Positions 28,463 through 34,434 of a stretch of 34,434 bases of DNA are shown piece after piece. Every line of letters starts with the position of its first letter. Position 1 is the stretch's first letter. The stretch comes from Fibrobacteria bacterium (GTDB lineage: Bacteria; Fibrobacterota; Fibrobacteria; UBA11236), in assembly GCA_043732185.1 (NCBI GenBank), contig JAYTHY010000056.1, forward strand, positions 1 through 34,434, read 5' to 3'. The translations under genes were made by a program, and so were the position numbers. The notes under the pieces are model-generated. The model had not been told where the DNA came from and did not search any database. It saw only the letters and a program-made list of their open reading frames with translations.

Positions 28463-29517
28463 ACCACAACTTCATCATCGCCACCGCGGCCGGAAATCAC
28501 GATTTCCCCATCGTCCTCGAGCCTGCGTACGATGTCGACAATCCGTTGCTGCGCACCTTCGACGTCTTTTAGGCGTACCGGTCCCATGAATCCCATATCG
28601 TCCTTCATCATTTCGGAAGCGCGACTGGACATGTTCTTGAAGAACTTCTCCCCCACCGTTTCGCTGGCGCCTTTGAGTGCTAAAGCCAATTCCTTGGTGT
28701 CCACTTCTTTGAGCATGCGTTGAATGCCACGATCGTCCAAAAGCATAATATCTTCGAAAACGAACATGAGATTCTTGATCTCCGTTGCCAATTCCGGATT
28801 CTCGCGTTCCAAATTTCCCAGAATATTTTTCTCTGCGCCTCGATCTACTTGGTTGAGCATTTCCGCCACGAATTTAACACCGCCGACTTCGGAAACATTT
28901 CCGCCGAATAAGCTCTTCATTTGCTGGGACAAAACCTCTTCAACCTGGCCCAGAACGTCAGGTGAAACACTTTGCATAGTAGCCAGGCGGGTGGAAACAT
29001 CGACTTGTAATTCTTGTGGCAAAGCCGAAAGTATGGGTGCTGCCAAAGCCGCATCCATATGCGCCAGAAGCAACGCAATAGTTTGCGGATGTTCCTTCTG
29101 AATAAAATTCACAAGCTGGGTCGGGTCTACGTCTTGGAGCAAACTGAAACCCGTAGTGCGTATGTTACTTTGCACTTTCTCCAGGATTTCCTTGGCCCGC
29201 CGCGCTCCTACAGCGGATTCTAGAGCTTGCTTGGCGTATTCAACACCACCTTGGAGAATATATTTTTGCGCCACTGCCATTTGGTGAAATTCTTCTAACA
29301 CTCCTTCCCGAGTCTCAGAGGTAATTCCATCTAATCGCGCAATTTCCGCCGTGAGGATTTCAACATCATCGTCCTCCAGGCTTTTGAAAATCTGGGCGCA
29401 GGCTTCCTGCCCTAAGGTAACCAGGATAATGGCAGCCTTAGTCGGACCGCTGATCAGAGAAGCCATCGAGCCGGACGGCTTCTCTAAATCCACTCCCCCT
29501 TTAGTATCGCTTGCCAT
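28459..29517 (-). CDS. fliG: Flagellar motor switch protein FliG
   Basis: KAAIILVTLG, GGVEYA, EHPQTIA, GGVKFVAEMLN, MFVFEDI, NMSSRA, GPVRLKDVE. Confidence 0.97.
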   Translation of the reverse strand: MASDTKGGVDLEKPSGSMASLISGPTKAAIILVTLGQEACAQIFKSLEDDDVEILTAEIARLDGITSETREGVLEEFHQMAVAQKYILQGGVEYAKQALESAVGARRAKEILEKVQSNIRTTGFSLLQDVDPTQLVNFIQKEHPQTIALLLAHMDAALAAPILSALPQELQVDVSTRLATMQSVSPDVLGQVEEVLSQQMKSLFGGNVSEVGGVKFVAEMLNQVDRGAEKNILGNLERENPELATEIKNLMFVFEDIMLLDDRGIQRMLKEVDTKELALALKGASETVGEKFFKNMSSRASEMMKDDMGFMGPVRLKDVEGAQQRIVDIVRRLEDDGEIVISGRGGDDEVVV

Positions 29518-29522
29518 TTAAA

Positions 29523-31109
29523 TCAGTCCTTGCCTTGGGGTTGTTTCTTTTTTTTACCGCCTTCTCCATTGTCCCTAATTTTCTCCTCATGAAGCCAGGT
29601 TTTGATGAGATTGGCGATATTGATCGGTTCAGTGCGGGTCATGAATTCTACGCGCTCCAAAATGTCTTTTTGTTTTTGGACGTTTTTGGGTATTTTCTCC
29701 TCTTCCGGCTCCAGGTTCAGTCCGGCGTATTTAGGCATCGGAGGGTTCATGGCGGAAGCCAGATTCTGAACCAATCCACGGAAGAACCAAAGTGCGAAGA
29801 TGGCAATCAAGAAGAGAATGCCATACTTTTTGGCGAAATCCATCCATTCCTTTTTCTCGAGCTTCTTCATTTCCACCAGCTCTTCAGTCAGGAATTGGTT
29901 GTCGAATTGAACATTGGTTACAAACACTTCATCCTTGCTTCCAGGCATGAAACCTACCGCGTTCTTAACCAGTGCGGAAAATTTATCCAGGTCTTCTTGA
30001 CTGCGTGGCACATAGGTACGCTCACCTTCCTTTTCACCAGGTTTATATGTTCCATCAACGGCGACTGAAACGGTAATTCGTTTCCGCGTGCCCGGAGAGC
30101 TGATGATCTGGGCCATGGTTTTGTCAAATTCATAGTTGGTGATCGACCCTTCCTTCTGCTCGGACTGCGCTTGCGGACTGCCCTTGATGGCGTTTTCATC
30201 GCGTTGTTGCGATCGAATAACCTTGGTGTTGGGGTCGTAGGATTCCACCGTTTTGTTGACCTGGTCGAAATCCAGTTCAGCGGAAATTTTGACTCGTGCT
30301 TTATTGGGTCCCAGTAAGCCGTCAAAAATGTCTATAATTTTTTGTTCTAAATCATGTTCAACAGCATTTTGCATGGTCATATTGTGATCGGTTTGTTCCG
30401 AGAGTGAGTTTTCCGCAAACCCTTTGGTAAGCATATTTCCATGAATGTCTAGAATAGTCACCTGCCGCGCCCTTAAGCCCTCCACCGAGCTCGCAACCAG
30501 GTGAGTGATGCCTCTGACTTGTTGCTCGTTAATCACTTCTCCAGGGCGAAGCTTTAGAATAATGGAAGCGGTAGCTTCTTCCTTCTTTTCTGTAAACAGC
30601 GAAGGCTTGGGAATCGTGACATGGACGCGAGCTTTCTCAACTTCGTGCAAGCTCTCTATAGTGCGAGCCAATTCGCCTTCCAAAGCGCGCCGGTAATTCA
30701 GATTTTGCACAAAGTCCGTCATACCTAGATGGAGCTTGTCGAAAATCTCGTAACCCTGACCACCGGTTTGGGGCAATCCTAGGCGGGCCATTTGCATGCG
30801 CGCTTCGTACAATTGTTCTTTGGGAACAGTCACTTGCCGTCCATTATTTTCCAGTTTATAGGGCACCTTCATTTCCTTAATGGCTTCCGTAACCTTGGCG
30901 GCATCTTCCGGTTCCAAATTGACGAAAAGGGTAGAGTAGCCGGAATCCCCACTGCCGCCTCCAGACCCGGCGGCGGACCAAGCTATGACGGCGATCATGC
31001 CAGCCAAAGTCACCGCAGAAGTGGCGAGGAGAATCGCCTTCTGGGTTCCATTGAGCTTGTCCCAGATGGCACGTAGCTGGATTGCAAGTTGCTTTAGGTA
31101 TTCCGACAT
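29523..31109 (-). CDS. fliF: Flagellar M-ring protein FliF
   Basis: Two TM segments, GYEIFD, RALEGELARTI, ARVHVTIPKPSLF, LVASSVEGL, TNYEFDK, RITVSVAVDG. Confidence 0.97.
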   Translation of the reverse strand: MSEYLKQLAIQLRAIWDKLNGTQKAILLATSAVTLAGMIAVIAWSAAGSGGGSGDSGYSTLFVNLEPEDAAKVTEAIKEMKVPYKLENNGRQVTVPKEQLYEARMQMARLGLPQTGGQGYEIFDKLHLGMTDFVQNLNYRRALEGELARTIESLHEVEKARVHVTIPKPSLFTEKKEEATASIILKLRPGEVINEQQVRGITHLVASSVEGLRARQVTILDIHGNMLTKGFAENSLSEQTDHNMTMQNAVEHDLEQKIIDIFDGLLGPNKARVKISAELDFDQVNKTVESYDPNTKVIRSQQRDENAIKGSPQAQSEQKEGSITNYEFDKTMAQIISSPGTRKRITVSVAVDGTYKPGEKEGERTYVPRSQEDLDKFSALVKNAVGFMPGSKDEVFVTNVQFDNQFLTEELVEMKKLEKKEWMDFAKKYGILFLIAIFALWFFRGLVQNLASAMNPPMPKYAGLNLEPEEEKIPKNVQKQKDILERVEFMTRTEPINIANLIKTWLHEEKIRDNGEGGKKKKQPQGKD

Positions 31110-31248
31110 GTTTCCGACCTCTTGATTGATTGCAAAAAAAATTAAAGAATTAAAGTTCCCGCGTCGATAAATGAAATAGGGGGTCCAGGCACTTTCCGGA
31201 AATGTTCAACTGTTAAAACCACAGCCTGTATGCCCTTCCTTCCCATGG

Positions 31249-31563
31249 CTATCCTCGCATCCTCATGACTTCTTGATAGGCGTCCATGGTCTTATTCCGA
31301 ATTTCCAATAAGAGGTTGAAGGCGGTTTTTGCCTCGCCTACCGCCAACATAACTTGGTGCACATCCTTGATTTCTCCGGAAACCATTTTTTGAATGGATT
31401 GATCCGCTTTCAACTGCATTTCATTCACATCCTTGAGAAAACCACTAAACATGGCCTGAAAATTGGGCCCGCCCTCCTTGGGCTTGATTGCGGGCTGCTG
31501 GGGCCCGGTGATCTCGATTTCCTTCGGAGGCCCTATATTGAAAATGGGATTCATGTCCGCCAT
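31249..31563 (-). CDS. fliE: Flagellar hook-basal body protein FliE
   Basis: VNEMQLKAD...GEIKDVHQVMLA...EIRNK...AYQEVMRM. Confidence 0.95.
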   Translation of the reverse strand: MADMNPIFNIGPPKEIEITGPQQPAIKPKEGGPNFQAMFSGFLKDVNEMQLKADQSIQKMVSGEIKDVHQVMLAVGEAKTAFNLLLEIRNKTMDAYQEVMRMRG

Positions 31564-31572
31564 ACTTCTCTC

Positions 31573-31830
31573 CTATGCCTTAAAATCTATGTAACGACCA
31601 AGCCTGGGTTGGGGATCCGATTTTTCTCCTACGGCACTACGACCATAGGCTGCAGACATCCCCGGCACATCTTTTGTCAGTCCAAGTTGGACTTGTTTTT
31701 GTTGCACCAAATCGGTCAAGCGCACGCGTGTATCGACGCCTTCCATTCTTTTTTTTGCACTGTCCCGAATGGCCTGGAATTTTTCCAACGCCGAGGCCGC
31801 GCTCGAACCGCCTATACTTTGCAATGCCAT
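31573..31830 (-). CDS. Small hypothetical protein (85 aa) within the flagellar operon
   Basis: Fills the flgC-fliE gap on the operon strand; purine-rich upstream (GAAGGCGTAGGA); stop 9 nt before the fliE start; ends LGRYIDFKA. Confidence 0.75.
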   Translation of the reverse strand: MALQSIGGSSAASALEKFQAIRDSAKKRMEGVDTRVRLTDLVQQKQVQLGLTKDVPGMSAAYGRSAVGEKSDPQPRLGRYIDFKA

Positions 31831-31897
31831 TCCTACGCCTTCTCTCTTGAACTACTGGGTCTTTACTTTTTGTGACCTAGAAACATTCCACGTTCTT

Positions 31898-32404
31898 TTA
31901 AATTTCCAATGCTTTCATAAGCATGGACTTGGCCGAATTCATGGCCGTTACGCTGGCTTCGTAGGAGCGTGTCGCTGTTATCATATCGGTCATTTCCTGC
32001 ACCACGTTGATATTTGGCATGGCTACGTAGCCTTGCGGATCCGCATCCGGATGACTTGGATCATAAATCAGTTTAGGTGGGGAGGAATCCTGTTCGATGG
32101 AAACCACTTCCACTCCACTGCCTACTTGGTCCTTGCCCAAAGGCAGGCCTGGACTGGGTATGGCGATGTGGTTGTCATGTGTGGTAAACCCTTGCATTTT
32201 ATCGGGACCGAAAACAAAACGCTTTTCCGGATCCAGAATGTTCTCCTTGAGGACGGCGATTTGCCGTTTGTAGGGTCCGCCTTCCTTGGTTCGCGTTGTT
32301 TCGGCATTAGCCAAATTACTGGATATAATATTCTGTCGGATGCGCTGGGCCCTAAGCCCGCTGGCGCTTATCGCTAGACCGGAAAACATGCCTATCATGC
32401 TCAT
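31898..32404 (-). CDS. flgC: Flagellar basal-body rod protein FlgC
   Basis: ISASGLRAQRIR...SNLANAETT...GPYKR; YDPSHPDAD..GYVAMPNINVVQEMTDMITATRSYEA. Confidence 0.97.
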   Translation of the reverse strand: MSMIGMFSGLAISASGLRAQRIRQNIISSNLANAETTRTKEGGPYKRQIAVLKENILDPEKRFVFGPDKMQGFTTHDNHIAIPSPGLPLGKDQVGSGVEVVSIEQDSSPPKLIYDPSHPDADPQGYVAMPNINVVQEMTDMITATRSYEASVTAMNSAKSMLMKALEI

Positions 32405-32429
32405 GAATGTATCCTACCCTTCCCCACTT

Positions 32430-32852
32430 TTAACCTGGCTGCCCAGTAATGGCATTTTCGATATCCCCTTTGCGCATCTGGATAAACTTGATACCGAAAT
32501 TGTAGAGCAACTGGTTTTCGGCCAGCTTCGCTGATTCCATATCCACATCTACATTGTTGATTTCCCCTGGCAAAGTTGGGTCTTTAGACCGATACGCAAT
32601 CGGTTCGAGTCTGTCTAAATCGCCTTTCCCCAATTGCATATGTCCGTTCTGATCAACACTTCCGGAAAGTTTTTTCTCATCTAGGGCGTCACGGAGCTTG
32701 GACTCAAATTCAACTTCTATGCGCTGATACCCAGGCGTATTTACATTGGCCAGATTATTGGCAATGGCCCGGCTGCGCAGCATACAGGCATCCAGGCTTT
32801 TGGCCACCAAGGCAATGGAGGTATTTGCGTATAGAGCTTCTTTAAGCAACAT
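32430..32852 (-). CDS. flgB: Flagellar basal-body rod protein FlgB
   Basis: RSRAIANNLANVNTPGY...NNVDVDME..KLAENQLLY; SD AGAAGGA upstream. Confidence 0.96.
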   Translation of the reverse strand: MLLKEALYANTSIALVAKSLDACMLRSRAIANNLANVNTPGYQRIEVEFESKLRDALDEKKLSGSVDQNGHMQLGKGDLDRLEPIAYRSKDPTLPGEINNVDVDMESAKLAENQLLYNFGIKFIQMRKGDIENAITGQPG

Positions 32853-32884
32853 CTTGGGAGTGTCCTTCTAGATTGGATAGTTTG

Positions 32885-32900
32885 AGCAAGGCCTATGCCA
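32885..32900 (-). promoter_or_regulatory. Sigma54 (RpoN) -24/-12 promoter of the flgB operon
   Basis: Minus strand reads TGGCATAGGCCTTGCT, matching TGGCAY-N5-TTGCW, about 32 nt upstream of the flgB ATG. Confidence 0.85.
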
Positions 32901-32995
32901 TATCCTGAAACGGCAATCCACCGCCAAAATCTCGGAGAATGCAGAGAAGCTTCAAAGCCATATTTACGATTTAGACACGAATTTCCCAGCCACGA

Positions 32996-33104
32996 GGCAG
33001 AATGTGCCGAAAAAAAAAGATTAAAGGTTTGGATAGGTTTTTGCCGATACCTGTTGTTCGGGCATTTTTTTCCGTGCTACCGGCCCAAATGGGAAAATCC
33101 TGCC
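32996..33104. promoter_or_regulatory. Candidate enhancer-binding-protein sites (GGCA-N5-TGCC x3)
   Basis: GGCAGAATGTGCC (32996-33008), GGCATTTTTTTCC (33061-33073) and GGAAAATCCTGCC (33092-33104), 95-205 bp upstream of the sigma54 promoter. Confidence 0.45.
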
Positions 33105-34111
33105 CAAATTTCAGCGAGATCGTACCCGTTTTCGGCCTTTAACACCACTTGCCGATGTAAGGGACTGCAATCGTATCCATAGGGCACAGACTCTCGGTGA
33201 ATGACAATGGCGGGTCGATTCAAATACACGCAGAGATGCGCCAGAAAACTATTGAAGCACAGAATGATGCCGTCAAAATCCCTCAGGATTGTGATCAATT
33301 GAACCAGCGGATACATCTCGGGAACCTTGCCAAGACTAGTTTTTACCTCCAAGGCAATGTCTTCGTCTCCGGGTCCCATAACCATTTTTATTGGTCTATT
33401 GGCCATTCCATCCAGAATGCCCAGCACTAAGCGAGTATAAACCTTCAATCCAAAATCTTGCTTAAGTCCGGCACTACCGATATGAAAGAATATTCGACCA
33501 GGGTCAACTCCGAGATTGGCCGGATGTATGGGGTAATTCGGTACTTCAGTGCGGGCTGAACGGGAATGTTGTAAACCCGGCACACCGGCCAAGTCCATGA
33601 GGCTCAGGTTTGCTTCTGCAAAACTGAGGAGGGTTGGAACCAAGGCTAAGGTGTTTTCAAAACCGGCTCGCCTGGTTTCAGCCATATGACAGAATCCAAA
33701 TGCTTTGCGGGCGCAAAAATATGCGACATAGTCAAACTCTACCCTATAAACGCCTACCGCATTGGTGAACAGTACGTCTCTGCGATAAAACAGCCAACCC
33801 AACCAAGCCAAAGAGTGGGTCGTATGCAAATTCTCAGGCAACACCGTAGCAAATTCACGCGCATAACGATTCGCCCCATAAAGGACCAAATCACAGCCGG
33901 GATAACTTTCCGCTAAGTGGTTTAAGGCCCGAAGGGCTTGGACAAAATCTCCGTATGTGCCTGAAAATAGGTACGCGATGCGCAATGGTCGCGTAGGGTT
34001 AAGATTGGTTACATTCGACCTTGCGTCTGGAATTCGCTTTGGAAAAAGTTCGAGCAGCTTCCGCAATCGCCACCGCAAAAATTGCTTACCAGGAAAGGCC
34101 GCCATGTTCAT
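33077..34111 (-). CDS. Divergent glycosyltransferase family 9 (heptosyltransferase-like) protein
   Basis: GTYGDFVQAL (cf. SxxGD), FFHIGSAG, GPGDE, and ILCFNSFLAHLCVYLNRPAIVI (cf. GNDSGPMHLAAALxxP). Confidence 0.65.
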   Translation of the reverse strand: MNMAAFPGKQFLRWRLRKLLELFPKRIPDARSNVTNLNPTRPLRIAYLFSGTYGDFVQALRALNHLAESYPGCDLVLYGANRYAREFATVLPENLHTTHSLAWLGWLFYRRDVLFTNAVGVYRVEFDYVAYFCARKAFGFCHMAETRRAGFENTLALVPTLLSFAEANLSLMDLAGVPGLQHSRSARTEVPNYPIHPANLGVDPGRIFFHIGSAGLKQDFGLKVYTRLVLGILDGMANRPIKMVMGPGDEDIALEVKTSLGKVPEMYPLVQLITILRDFDGIILCFNSFLAHLCVYLNRPAIVIHRESVPYGYDCSPLHRQVVLKAENGYDLAEIWAGFSHLGR

Positions 34112-34271
34112 AGCATACCCTTTTCATTCCTATCCTCACCACCAAAACGCTATTTCTGATAGCCTTGGCCGGGAACCGGTTGAAATTACCGTTAAAAAAT
34201 ATGAAACTGAGGTGAGCGACACGTCTCGCAGCATGGAATAATGCCTACTAGAAAGTTACGGTATCAAGAAT

Positions 34272-34434
34272 ATGGGTAAAAAAGGTCTTCTCGCATTTTC
34301 ATTCATGAACAAGGAATTTCTGCATAATAAAGACGGACGATCGATTCGGATTTTGGCCGAATTCCTGGAACCAGAACATCGCTTTCGACAATTCGGGATT
34401 GACGATACCATCGTCTTTTTTGGTTCAGCCCGCA
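34272..34434 (+). CDS. LOG-family (TIGR00730-like nucleotide phosphoribohydrolase) protein, 5' part only; runs off the window
   Basis: Manual translation MGKKGLLAFSFMNKEFLHNKDGRSIRILAEFLEPEHRFRQFGIDDTIVFFGSAR; the RILAEFLEP and IVFFGSAR motifs are characteristic of LOG proteins. Not in the ORF track. Confidence 0.85.
   Translation, partial: MGKKGLLAFSFMNKEFLHNKDGRSIRILAEFLEPEHRFRQFGIDDTIVFFGSAR

Noticed and set aside
27540..28589. 349 aa plus-strand ORF
   Set aside because: Antisense to fliH/fliG; Ser/Cys-rich composition typical of shadow frames.
26226..31109. Non-flagellar (injectisome) T3SS interpretation
   Set aside because: flgB, flgC, fliE and fliG are flagellum-specific.
31221..31236. 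Possible second sigma54 promoter before fliF (GGGCATACAGGCTGT)
   Set aside because: Lacks the invariant GC at -12.
31769..32377. 202 aa plus-strand ORF (and similar ORFs at 29511-30068 and 31354-31875)
   Set aside because: Antisense to well-supported flagellar genes.
1..34434. CRISPR arrays, tRNA/rRNA genes, IS elements, integrases, defence systems
   Set aside because: No regularly spaced repeats, RNA gene signatures, transposase/integrase motifs or nuclease motifs were seen; intergenic gaps are all short.

Overview
Chromosomal segment of a flagellated bacterium, probably Fibrobacterota. The lineage is inferred from Fibrobacter-type secreted protein families (a TIGR02171-like propeller, a vWA protein with a fibro-slime-type C-terminus) and a SecA NBD1 insertion; it was not confirmed by search. 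The right half is a ~20 kb minus-strand run: GT9-like glycosyltransferase, sigma54 promoter, flgB-flgC-(85 aa orphan)-fliE-fliF-fliG-fliH-fliI-fliJ, a 1538 aa secreted propeller/Ig protein coupled to fliJ, then secA-tmk-ctpA and a TPR glycosyltransferase. The middle holds murA, an orphan ParA, a TPR/PEGA protein, a YjfB-like small protein and a GIN-domain lipoprotein. The left end is a cluster of secreted proteins (vWA, subtilase, TolB-like propeller, lipoproteins) plus an acyltransferase-3. No rRNA, tRNA, CRISPR array or mobile element was recognised. Most notable: (i) a giant T9SS-CTD-like surface protein where fliK/flgD often follow fliJ; (ii) two small proteins sharing a FliK-like G-x-x-I-D-x-x-A tail; (iii) a CTD-like domain nested inside an N-terminal domain, plus a recurring L-[AG]-K motif in secreted proteins; (iv) apparent leaderless transcription of four genes; (v) a sigma54 promoter with three GGCA-N5-TGCC repeats upstream. 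Family calls rest on motif recognition by eye, not database searches.
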